Origin: Takakia lepidozioides
Lineage: Eukaryota; Plantae; Bryophyta
Assembly (NCBI GenBank): GCA_030704615.1
Contig: CM060731.1
Coordinates: 77,066,001-77,130,000, forward strand
Length of the DNA stretch: 64,000 nt
Direction of reading: 5' to 3'
Below are positions 12,934 through 38,366 of the stretch, piece after piece (the stretch's first letter is position 1; every line of letters starts with the position of its first letter). The position numbers and the translations under genes are program-made. The notes under the pieces were generated by a model. That model did not search any database, was not told where the DNA came from, and saw only the letters and a program-made list of their open reading frames with translations.

Positions 12934-13956
12934 TTACACAAATGGTCCAACAGCCACGCGAGTTCGCAACTCCTCCGTTTGCTTGCTTGTCACTACCTCC
13001 AGGAGCTCCCGAGCGTTTGTTTTGTCTTCTGTGGGATTGTTGAAGTTCGCAGCAATGACCTCTTCCTTGGGGAATCTGAAAGGCTTATAATTTGTCCTAA
13101 ACCATTCATCTTCATGAATTTGCGCCACAGTCACACGATCGGCAGCTGGGTTCAGCTTCAAAATTTTGAGAATCAGTTTCTTAGAGCCTACAGTTAACCA
13201 GGGAGAAAAAGTGCATGAGCCATGGGATATGGATTTGCATACAACTCTTGGGTTGTTGCCGGCGAAGGGTAAGTAGCCAGACAAGAGTGCGTACAGAATA
13301 ATACCGCATGCCCAAAGATCCGCTCGCTCAGCAAGATAGCCTTTGGCTTGGATGATCTCTGGGGCCATGTAGCTTGGAGTTGATCCACACCTCTCTTGAA
13401 ACAGCTCATCTTTCTTATACACGGCGCATCGCCCAAAGTCTGATAGTAGGAGATTACCATGGTGATCCAAGATCAAGCTTTCTAATTTGATATCTCTGTG
13501 GTAAACACCTTGACTGTGACAATACTCCACAGCATCCATAAGTTGCTGGAACAACATTCTTGCTTCATCTTCACTGAATCGTACATAAGAACAATACATT
13601 CTCTGGTACAACGTGTCACAATCGCCAAACTGATCCAACACCGTGTCGCTGCCCAAAAGTTGCACAATGTTGGGATGTTTAATCATTGTAAGTTTGCGCT
13701 CAATTCGCCCATCCTCTTTGATCTTTTTTTCCTTATTGTCGATGATCTTGATGGCCATATGTCTACTGTTCTTAGCAGTACTGCCCCTCCCTATCTCTCC
13801 TTTAAGCACTTGTTTGTTTTGAACACTATTTCCCGAGCTGATGTTCATCATGCTCCCTTGACAGTTTCTTTGAAATTCAATACAGTGTCTAGAACTTGCT
13901 AAAACCTTCCCACTTGACAGCCAAATTTCTCTCAAACTTCCTATAGACACCTTCAT
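12934..13956 (-). CDS. Intronless, divergent CBL-interacting (CIPK/SnRK3-like) Ser/Thr kinase; possibly a pseudokinase or pseudogene
   Basis: GEIGRGSTAK, AIKIID, FSEDEARMLFQQLMDAVEYCHSQGVYHRDIK, SDFG, CGSTPSYMAPEII..KGY...ADLWACGIILYALLSGYLPF, and a NAF-like TNARELL. The true start may be an internal Met. Confidence 0.75.
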   Translation of the reverse strand: MKVSIGSLREIWLSSGKVLASSRHCIEFQRNCQGSMMNISSGNSVQNKQVLKGEIGRGSTAKNSRHMAIKIIDNKEKKIKEDGRIERKLTMIKHPNIVQLLGSDTVLDQFGDCDTLYQRMYCSYVRFSEDEARMLFQQLMDAVEYCHSQGVYHRDIKLESLILDHHGNLLLSDFGRCAVYKKDELFQERCGSTPSYMAPEIIQAKGYLAERADLWACGIILYALLSGYLPFAGNNPRVVCKSISHGSCTFSPWLTVGSKKLILKILKLNPAADRVTVAQIHEDEWFRTNYKPFRFPKEEVIAANFNNPTEDKTNARELLEVVTSKQTEELRTRVAVGPFV

Positions 13957-14952
13957 AGATTTCTGCCTATTGATGCACCAATCGCATCACTTGAGCTCAG
14001 TAAAGTCCTGTAAGAGTTCTACCAATTTAAGAAACTTCCCACTTTCGGATGCACTTGCTCGTACAATTCACAAAACATTAGCAGCTCAATTGTTCAGGAC
14101 TCACATATAAAAACGTGCTTGGCTAAGAAGAACCCAAGCTAGGAAGCATATGAGATCAGAGGCTGCTGATCAGCGAGATGAGGATGAGTGAAGGGCACAT
14201 CGACTTATATAGTGCAGCGGCTGAGTAATTAGAAAGATGCGTGACACTATTATCACGTGTCTTTTTCTATTTTCTTTCTTGAGTTCAAAAGAGAAAAACA
14301 AACCTGCAAAAAGAAGAACGGATTCAGCCTCATTAGGGTCAATTCTTGTGCACTACTTGAAACCATCCATTTTCTGATACACTGTCCGGGACATTGTCGC
14401 TAGAGAGTGACCCTCTTCAGGACGATCAAGAGCATTGTCTTGCACCTGTGGGTCTGTTCATCAACTTTCAAAATCTTCCTGGGCTGACCATGATGCTAGA
14501 ATTTTAGCTTTCTCAAAGAGAACAGTTTTAAGGCTGTTCAGGGCGAGTTCGGTGTGACACCCCCAAGCCCTCGATGTGGTGAGTTCAAGCCTCAAGGTCA
14601 GATGGGTCAGTTGATTCGCCAGTCTAATACCATATACACTACCTAAGCAAGACCGTCATGTTACACAGGCTAAAAGTCTTGGCGGAGAAGATGTCGTTCG
14701 AAGCTGAGGCCATCGTTTCCAATGGTTTCATCCCTGATCATCCCTGATCTTTTCTAGCCCCGAGATCACTTGCAATTGCATGCTAACCCATCCACCATTG
14801 CATTTCAGCCTGACCATGAATTCTAGTATCCACTGCACTGGTTCTCAATAAGCTCATCACAATTACAGTCTACTATCTGTTCTACAATATTCATCTCCCC
14901 AGTGAACTTCTGGACAAAAATTCCACGGAGCAACTGGTCAATCAATCCCCTC

Positions 14953-15685
14953 GTCTGAACTACCAAGCCGAGCTACAACTGAGATCACCGCCCAATGTGC
15001 AACTACCTTATTCATTTATGACAAGGAGAACAGCTTCTAACAGATAAGGCACAAAGGAGCTAACAGATCTGTATGTATCTATAGTTGTGCACCAGAAAAA
15101 AGACAGAGGCTCAAATCACACGCAAGTGAATTGATGGAAGAGATACTGAAATGTTATGCAGTCTATTTCGAATTAAGACTCCAGCCATGACTATTGTTGG
15201 TATCATTTCTTTCCCTCGCTAGCTCTTGCTTTTGCTATTCTTGGTATATCGATGTGTTGTATGTCTCGAGTCGGAGTGAGCTCTGGAGCTCGTTGACAGA
15301 CCCCTCACCATCCGCCAGTCCTTTTTGGTGCCACCCCGCCAAGGGCTCGTCTTACCATGTTTGTCAATTCAGATCTTCTTGCACTACCTCTTAACCTTCG
15401 AAAGCACCACTTCGAGACTCGAGCAAATATATATTGTGGTCGTTGTGAGTTGTGCTTGTATTCAATTCAATGAGCGCTCATTCCTGAAGTCCTGAGCACT
15501 ATAACAAGTCATGTGGGTACGCAGTCTGGAAAACAATCAGATCATTCCATCCTGTTACAAGTCTCACGGTTTCTTACACACTGATAGAAATGAATTTCAT
15601 GAATTTCATGGTGGGCTAGAACATGTTCTAAAAGCAAGGAAAAGCCTGTCTACACTTGTGCACCTAGACTAAGAACCTCACTAAG
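14953..15685. repeat. Local duplication, copy 1 (of 17049-18225, lacking about 500 bp)
   Basis: 14953-15553 aligns by eye with 17049-17623 (TCTGAACTACCAA...GATCATTCCATCCT), and 15559-15685 aligns with 18121-18225 (AAGTCTCACGGTTTCT...AAGAACCTCACTAA). Confidence 0.9.
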
Positions 15686-17048
15686 GAGGGCAGTGGCTGT
15701 GTCAAATTTCGAATATGCCTCTGTTTCCTCTTTCACAGGCGAGCCCATGGCTGCATGACCTTCTCTGTCTCTTCTGAATGAACCAGCAACAGCATGGATG
15801 TGTATACTTGTAGAGCACAGCACCAACAATTCCCAAAGATGAAGAGGCAAGTGCCAAATGGCAAAGAGCAATTTAGCTGACAAGTGCCATGTTTCCAAAC
15901 TAAGAAATGGCAAGAGATAGAACAGTTACAAGACCTTCGTGATCTGGCTGTGAAGTGTCCAGAGCAACGGGAGCCCCTCCTGCTTACCTGTAAAACCATT
16001 GAACATTTTGATGTCGATAAAAATTTACCTTGACTCACCTTGAGCTAGGCATCCAAAAGGTCGTAAACCACTTGCTACAGATACCCTTTAAACATGCAGC
16101 ATCCCTGCTGGGTTGGCAGACTCAATGCAAAAGCAGATGAATGCATCGCAGAAGCCACTCTTATGGAGGTAGACTCGAGATCTAGTACGCTCAATTCAGC
16201 CTCTGCAGCAGCAATTGTACGGAGGGAAGTTGAAGTCCTATCTCTATTTTGAAAAATTGCAAATTTCCCTACCCGTGGGCTGTTATGGTTTCGACTTGAT
16301 CAGTCATCTCGCTGGTGATCAGTGACCTAAATTGACTGCATTCATGAGAGAGTTCAGCAACCTCCCGCACTACTCAGCTGCCACCTACATCAGACGAAGT
16401 GCAGTTGAAAATTCCTGATGGTGGTCTTAACCACATTTGGAGAATAGAAAGACAACAGAACTCAGATTTTGAGAGACTACCTGACAAATCTTAAACCCCC
16501 TAAACCCTGACCAGACCTCACAGAATCATATGATTGTACAACAGGTTAGTTTAGACAGTTCTAAATCCATACATGGTATAGAGACATCTTCGTGGCCTCA
16601 GATGCAACTTTTCTGAGAATGATAGTTAAAAGGACAAGGAAAATAGCAAAGGATTCCAAAGAATTGGCTTCAGGTTCCAAAGACAAGCACAGAACCTCGA
16701 ATCACAGTTTGAGCCCTCTGCAGCCCTCTGCGGGATATCGCATATCTTTGAAGGAAATGAAGGGCCAGGGCAGGCCCATATAGAGTGCAGCTCATTGATG
16801 CTTAACACTAACAGAGAGAATGCCTGCAAGCGACTTCAAAGTGAGAACTGTTGTCTTTGGCATCTACTGGTCTTCTTGTTGTTTGTTTCCAGAAACAATA
16901 GACCTATCGTTGTCAGACACATTTCTGAAAGAGATTAGATTGCTTGGCAATAGGGGTTGCCACTGGAACTGAAGGTGTGCTGTGTCAAGATACATATATG
17001 CATCTTTGTCTCTTCATCTGAACGCATTTGTACTAATCTGCCTCTAAG

Positions 17049-18225
17049 GTCTGAACTACCAATCTGAGCTACAACTGAGATCACCGCCCGATGCACAACT
17101 ACCTTATTCATTCATGACAAGGAAAGCTTCTTACAACAGAGAAGGCACAAAGGAACTAACACATGTATCTATAGATAGTTGCACCAGAAAAAAGACAGAG
17201 CCTCAAATCACAAGCAAGTGAAGTGTTGGAAGAGATGAAGTGTTATGCAGGCTGTTTCGAAAAACTCAAGCCATTAACCCGACTATTGTTGGTATCATTT
17301 CTTTGCCTCGCTAGCGCTTTTGCTATTCTTTGAATATCAATGTGTTGTATGTCTCGAGTCGGAGTGAGCTCTGGAGGTCGTTGAGAGACCCTGCTAGCCT
17401 TATTTTGGTGCAACCCTGCCAAAGGCTGGTCTTACCATGTTTGTCAATTCAGATCTTCTTGCGCTACCTCTTAACCTTCGAAAGCACCACTTCGAGACTG
17501 GAGCAAATATATTGTGGTCGTTGTGAGTTGTGCTTGGATTCAATGAGCTCATTCCTGAAGTCCTGAGCACTACAACAAGTCATGTGGGTACGCAGTCTGG
17601 AAAACCATCAGATCATTCCATCCTCCCAGTGCCATGTCACTCCGATAATGTCACCCCAATCTGTGTCACTCTGGACACGGGTGGGAAATATTTGACATGC
17701 AGGAAGCTCTCGGAATGGCGTTACAAGGAAGAGGGGCCCTCCAGCGGCCTTGAGAACTCCCATAGGAAAGGGATAAGAGTAGGAAGCACAAACAGGATAC
17801 CTCTCGACGCAATGAATTCAAGGTCAGATGGTAGGGTCAGTTGAATCACATGCCGAATACCAGACACCCTAAGATAATGGACGCCATTTCTTGGCAGCAA
17901 GAAGTGTGCAAATGGATATACTTCACAGCTGCGCGTGCTTGTATAGATAGCACTGTCCTGCCAATAAAGAATTCCAGAAACTAACAGTACCAGAAATTCA
18001 TGGACAGCTTTTGAAGAACTAATCTCTTTCAATAAAAGTAACCACACCATGAGGCGCAAGTACAAGGCAGGCTCATGGGCTCCATGAGCCCAACAAGGGA
18101 AGGGGAAGAAGAAGCTTTCCAAGTCTCACGGTTTCTAGAAATGAATTTCATGGTGGACTAGAACGTGTTCTAAAAGCAAAGAAAAGCTTGTCTACACTTT
18201 GCACCTAAACTAAGAACCTCACTAA
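17049..18225. repeat. Local duplication, copy 2 (3' end and downstream flank of the F-box pseudogene)
   Basis: High similarity to 14953-15685; the segment 17624-18120 is present only in this copy. Confidence 0.9.
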
Positions 18226-19299
18226 CCAAGCTGATGTCGTCAGTCTTTAGTAATTCAGGTGGAAAGAAATCCCGAGGGGATGTCCATGTGTCTTGCTTCA
18301 TGTCATACATCACAACCGAAGATGAAATTTGTAGAAACTGCACTGCTCCAACAGATTATGAGATTGTTATGGCTCACCACTTTCATGTAGGACGTGTTGG
18401 CCCAACTAGTTCTTGCAATCTCCAGCAACTCTGCATCAGACGTCGCAGAAACTTTGACGTCCCACACACAGATGCTGTTTGCGTTGGGGGAGCAGCTAGC
18501 AATAGTCCCAACAAGCAAAAGGCGCCCACCACACTCTACAAGGAATGGATCTTGTCTACTGTAACCACAATGAAGAGGTATCCGTATAGCAAGGTTAGTC
18601 CACACACCGCTGCCAATGTCCCAAGCCATCAATTTGTAGCCATGCACTGGTCCATAAAATAAGCAAAGAGAGTAGGGCTACATATCACACTATCTGCACA
18701 GTACCAAACAGTATCAACTTCTGTGGGCATCTGTTCAGTCTCGGTCCAACACTCGCGAACTGAGTCGAAGATGTCTGTTCTCCAAAGTCTCGTGTGGTTG
18801 TCGCATGATATGACAAGGACTTTGTAGGTGTTGGTGCATCTATCCACAATCATATTTACTCTTGGCACGCAGGAAAGTGCTGGACTGTGAGGCGGTGCGG
18901 GCAAGTGTCTGGAAGTGTTCAAGAGAGGAATGTACACAATCCATGATGGTAAGGGCTGAAAGTCCCCGTCCCGTATGCAAAATAAGCCTCCATCTGCAGC
19001 AAGAACTCTACAGAGAGAACGGAACTTGGGAAATTTGAGGCCGAGCTTGTGCCACCGTCGAGTTGCGGGGATATACAACATGCAAACATCATCTTCGCTT
19101 GAGCATGTGTCAAAAGACAAGAGATAGGAGTCTTGGTGAAGAGGGAGCTGCTGACAGAGTTGTTGGAAAGTGGCAGTAGATGGGAAGGAGTTCCACAACT
19201 TGCAAACCGACTTAAAGCGGACAAGACTTGATATGGCAAACGGGCCAACACTACCATCACTAATTCGAAAGGGAGCCTGCTCCAAATCTCCTCCTCCAT
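18170..19299 (-). pseudogene. F-box protein (F-box plus kelch/FBA-like beta-propeller) pseudogene with three frameshifts
   Basis: MEEEIWSRLPFELVMVVLARLPYQ / SLVRFKSVCKLWNS...LAADGGLFC...YKVLV / HGYKLMAWDIGSGVW...LVECGGRLLLVG / VVMYDMKQDTW...CF* lie in four successive frames, with shifts near 19228, 18650 and 18320. Confidence 0.85.
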
Positions 19300-20275
19300 A
19301 TTGCCCAGGTGACAAAACCTCTCCAATTGTGTTCTTGTGATCCTAGGTAAGCTGGCCCAGGGAAAGAAAAGAAGGGAAAGAAAGAAAGACTCAGTCAGCC
19401 TTGAGCCTCTGAGAATTCATACCCATGAGCCCGACTATTGTTGGTAAAGTTCTAAACAAAGAAACTTTCTATCATCCACAGGAGGTCTGGAGGGCCTAGA
19501 GTAGAACAATCAGAAAAACACACCTGACCTATATAATTAAAAAGATTACTGTGCTGCTCAGCGAGTTCCAAAAAAGTGGAGGCATGCACATCTCGAGAGA
19601 GGAAAGGTGAGGAAGATATTGACATGGAGGGAACCCTTTTATCAGAATCTCCCTCAGCTACTCATCGAGTATGCAGCTCATCACCAAAAAACTACCCTCC
19701 CAATAACGTCACACCCTATCCCATAGCTGTGGGATTAAAGACACGGAGGGTGGAATTATTCTAGAAGTGATAGGCATCCAAACATCATAGCACTATTCCG
19801 AATACTCTAAGACTCTCTTAAGAGACTCTCTTTGATTAAGAGTATGTTATTACTATGATTACTATTTATTAGAAGCATCGACACTCCCGCCAAAGCTAAA
19901 ACCCTGTCTTCTTCTTTACACTCTTTTCCTTATCTCTCTAAAACCCCCACCCTTCTCGCTACCCAATTGTCTTCACCTCTTTCTGTTCTCTCTCAGAGCA
20001 CACACACCCACTCACATTCTTCTTCTCACGCAAACACATCAGAAATGAATGTGAAGTAGGAAGATTTGTACTAGACCATTTTGCACTCTGTTTTTCTGTT
20101 TTCTTAGTTTGCAAGCGGTCTGTAGTCTCTACTGACCAAATTCTGTCGGCTTGCTGCCGCTATGTAGTGGGCAGAAGTTGTTTCGCCCTAATCCACCCTT
20201 GAACCCTAACCAACGGGAGCCATGCACAGAAGAGGCATTCAGAATGCGGTGGTGGTAGACAGAGCAGGATGAGAC

Positions 20276-33824
<13,549 letters not shown>

Positions 33825-35150
33825 CAAGTGGGAAAATTTGTCTGGTTCTTGCTTCAAGATCAAATTTTCAAGTCAACCTAACAAACCTACATATTTTTTC
33901 TGTTACTGAAAGCGCAAAAGCTGAGGGTATGGATGTTGGTTTGCTGGCAAGGAGACGAGTCGAGATGATAGGAAGATAGCAACTTTGGTGGCCAAATGAA
34001 GAGTAAGTCTTCATTGCTGCCAGCTTTTGGTGCCAATAACCACAACAGGTTTGTTTGTAGAGGGGGCCATACCATGCTTTCAAGCCCTACCCTGTTCTAC
34101 ATGGAAAACTGTTTTGATTTATTCGTCTGTTCATGAAAGGGTTTCTAATTGCTGTAGTCAAGCCCACTGTGGCCGCTTTTTTAAAAAGCTACCAGAGCTA
34201 TTTGAGGTGGTCACACTGCTGAAGACCCTGCCAAGTCTCTCAGCAGCTGTTATTGGCTCCAGTGTGTTCCTGTTGCTGTACAAGCTTGAGCATATCATTT
34301 GTGCCGACATTTTATTACAACGCCCTGAATTTCCAGAGGCAAACTTTGGCCATAGAAAGACCAACAGATGAGTTGGGTTGACTGTAGAGATCTTCCAGAA
34401 TTTATCATGTTAGACTGGAAGCTCCACAAACATTTGAGGGGAGATAATTTATGTAGTCTGAGGTGACCTACTAATGCAGTAATTCAACATGGTTTGAAGC
34501 CAGTTTATTTGTCCCCCAAGGATTGCAACTTAATGGCACTGAGTTGGGTTGCTGATGCTGGTCCTGGTCCTGAGCTTCTAAAAACGGCCATGGCCATATC
34601 ATTTGCATGCGATACATAGGGTCAAACCTTGATGAATCTTGTGGTGAGCAAGCTAGAGCGAGTATGAGCAAGATTTGCATTGGCAGTGATGGGGGCAGCT
34701 GACCCATACGCATTAGGTGTTGAAAACCTTCTTTAGTCAAAATGAAGCTCATTTCTTAGTGTTTGACATCTCAGTCCATTGGCTCTGGGACAATATGTGT
34801 CTTTGGACCAGAGATGGTGACTATACAGACAATCAGCTGCCCACGGATAGTGTAAACGATGTAGACTGGTCTTTGGGACAATGGAGTAGCCATAAAGAGT
34901 GATAGTTGGCTACACAGTTTTAGCACAGCTTACCGAAGGTCTTCACGCAAGAGGCTGAAACATGGTATGCACCAGTGTTGGTCGGTTATCAGGGACTCAC
35001 CCGGTTAATTACAAGTTATTTGCCGGGTAAGGGTAACTATAGCCGGAGGTTATAAGCATAAAAGAGAACCATGGACACTGAACACTGCCTGGACAACTCA
35101 AATACCCGGTGAAACACCCTGAACCTGTGCATAGAACCGACCCGGATATC

Positions 35151-35228
35151 TTTTAAGTGGACGGGAACGGTTATAGTAGCTATGGTTTCTTTTAAGTGGA
35201 CGGAAACGGTTATAGTAGCTATGGTTTT
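35151..35228. repeat. 39-bp tandem duplication
   Basis: TTTAAGTGGACGG(G/A)AACGGTTATAGTAGCTATGGTTT occurs twice in tandem. Confidence 0.85.
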
Positions 35229-38222
35229 GTGGCAAATAGTAATTTTCTTTTGGTGTCCTATTTTCACTATGTACATTGAAGTTGAAATAGCACATTGAAC
35301 ATGAGCGATAGGTTCTGCAGCCTGCCTAGGGTACTTCGATTATATCATGGTAGGCAGGTTATATTTCGGTTCTAACAAAGACCCGACTTGAAATATCACT
35401 GCAGGTTATGATTTGTTCATGAATCGGCAAAATAACCTGACCACACCTATTGTTCAAATTTTCATAACAGTAACCTGCAAATAACCTTCAGTGTGCATAT
35501 TTCACCTGGAACAGGAGGATATTACTGCATGAGTCAACTTGTATAACCTGAACCTCATGAGCTTTGAAAAAAATGAACACTGGTATGCACACTCAACACC
35601 TGATGGAGGTTTCGCCTCCCCTACCCAAAAGCACGTTTCACCTTCAGATTTCCTGAAGAAGAGAACAGTGTTCTCCGACCCATTTATCAACAGTGTGTAG
35701 ATGCTTGTTTGTCTGTTTCTTATGGTAGCCTAGAACTCTTACATCGGCTGCAAAGACTTCCGCTGGAGACTTGGGACTGGCAGGACTGGCACGAGGCAAA
35801 GCTTCTTCTAAGGTGATGATCTCGAGTGCAGGTCTAGGTTGCGACGTGTTTGCCGTAGCAGTAGTAATTTCCCTTGATGCATTGTCCTGGTGCACTCGTT
35901 GTCAGCTTTGAAAGCTCATCTTTACCTTCGGTGCACGGCTATCTCATTTCATCTTCGTTTACTTCTCAAACGTGAGTCCAGAGTTCACTAAGCTGTCACG
36001 TTGAGATACGCTACTCCTAGTAAGCAAGGGACCCACAAATTACCCCACTACGGAGCACGTCTTTGACTACGAAAGGTGTCCTTTGTGTTTGCTTGCATTT
36101 CAGTGGGCCCACAGATGAGACCTGCTTACTTGTACTGCTCTGGTTCTCACAGCATGCATGGCCCATGGGGTTTTTAGAAGGCTCCCGCTTCAAACACATC
36201 ATGGTAATAGGCAGATCTGCATTCTGCAGGTGTCATATATATGCCCACACACGTATCGCTGTGAGCAGGGTAAGAAGGACTACTCACAGGATTGCTCTTA
36301 AGAGGTAAGATTGCCTGCTACTGTTTTGAAGCGCTTGGGTACTTTTAGCTACCTTTTTCCCTTTTTCGCTCCCCTATGAGTGTTTTCTTTAGGCGATGAC
36401 TCTTGTTTGTCTCCAGATGCAGTGCTTCCTTCCCTGGCAGAGATTTGCAATCGCCGCAATGAAGTTTTGCTTCATGTCATGTTGGAGTACTTTGCTTCAT
36501 TTTACACGCTGGACTCAACTGTTCATATGCTGTTCAGAGCCTCAGAATGATGCAGTGTCCATGCTCAACCCATAAATGCTCCAGGTTTTGAAAGCTCATT
36601 AATATTTCCATCCTCTGGAGTCCGAAGGGTGGGCATTCTCTCTTCAGAAGATTCTTATTATTAGCCTACTTGTATTTTTGAAAAGGTTCCTGTGGCGGCT
36701 GAACCTGACTGTACGGTACGATGACTCTGAGAAAAATCTCTGCTCTGTTGTGTAGCAACTGAGTCTTTTTGAGCTCACCAAACAAAAGAAAAACCTTTCA
36801 ACGGTATAACGGTGTAATCTTAGAGATCATTTGTCATCAGCTTCAAATTGTGTGAGAAATGACACAGTGCTTCATTGATGGGTGGTAATATTTTCCCATT
36901 TACCGGGGTCACGTGGACATTTGGGCAGTGCTACTTGAAGCTATCTGTCCTTTGGTTTGCTTCAAAATGCAGTCCTTGCAAGCATGCCAGAGCAGCGTGC
37001 ACTGCTAATTCCCGACACATCCGTGTCTTCTTTAATGAGCCTGTTTGCTTGGAAGGGAAATAATAGCTTGCCCTCAATGCTTGTACCTTGCCGCATCATT
37101 TACTGCTGAGCGAAGGACAGTCAACATGTTTCGTTTCTCTACGAACGCATTCAATTTGCAACCGAACCTTTTTGCTGACCGAAAGAAAGAGCAAAGCTGG
37201 CAGTGCCAAAGTTTCTTCCAACAGAGTACAGCATATCAAATCATATATTTTGAAAATTTGTATGCGCACTAGCTTTAGTCAGACACGGTCACGACTCACT
37301 ATAGCATGAAGAAAGTGGAAATAAATCCCGCTGTGGTCATGCGATAGGAAACTGCCAATCACAAACCTTCTGAGTGTAACAGAGAGCAGGGCCCAATTAG
37401 GAAAATAGTATTGTAATAGCAACAGTGGTGAGGAGCCTGGCTGAGTTACTACTTCTGAGGCACACACATCAGGATTCAGTAGCATGATGGATCGACACTT
37501 TGACTAGCTTGTCTCTTCGGGCTGGCATACCTTGGAACACCTCAAAATTAGTCGGTCAACATCTATGAATATACAGTTGGAGCCTAGGGGGCCCTGCTCA
37601 AAGCACATGGAGAAAGTCGTCTGAACCGTCTGCCAACGCGACGAGCAGATGCATCCTGGTCCCGTTATGCTGTGGCGGTGATGAGGGACACTGCTGTGAT
37701 GAGAGGCGAGGTGAACTTTGAAGTCAAGGTCCATGGCCACCGTCGCCTGATGGAGCTGGACGAGGAAACGAGACTAGCTATCGGGTCGGGATGTAGACGC
37801 TATGGTTGGGTTGGTGTGGACTGTGGAGTGTTGACGAGAGGCGTGTGAGAGCTGCTGGGCTTGTAGGGAGCAGCAGTGCAGGGCGGCTCTTCATTGCCGC
37901 ACGCCCTGCCCCCAGGCACTGGGAACATTTCTTTCAGTATGTTTCAACTTTCTAGGCACTTGCACAATGCATTCTATGTACCTCCAGACTAGTTCTAGAC
38001 TAGTTCTCAAGGGTCGGCACTGCTCATCCCCTCTAGGTATATTGTACATTCATGGAAACACGGGAGGTCTATCGATCTCCAACTGAAAACTGGACTGGGT
38101 AGATCTTGCAGTCTTATACACGATCTTACGAAGTAGGCAGAGCATCATGACGATCCACACAACCGCGCCCACAAAACTTCTGTGATCGATCACTCACAAC
38201 AGTTTTAGAGCAATACGAAAAG

Positions 38223-38366
38223 CTTAGCAACAAGCTCAGTGCTAAGCATGTTTACTTAGTTTCCCGGAACCCACAAATACTTAGCAACAAGCTCAGTGCT
38301 AAGTTTACTTAGTTTCCCAGACCCCACAAATACTTAGCAACAAGTCTAGTGGTAAGTATGTTTAGT
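38223..38366. repeat. Tandem repeat of a 53-57 bp unit, about 2.5 copies, internally palindromic
   Basis: CTTAGCAACAAGCTCAGTGCTAAG...TTTACTTAGTTTCCC...CCCACAAATA is repeated; CTTAGCA/TGCTAAG form an inverted pair. Confidence 0.8.

Noticed and set aside
34150-37900. Possible spliced gene or lncRNA between gyrA and CLE (e.g. ORFs 35644..35895, 37504..37740)
   Set aside because: No recognisable domain, and I could not build a consistent exon chain; RNA-seq is needed.
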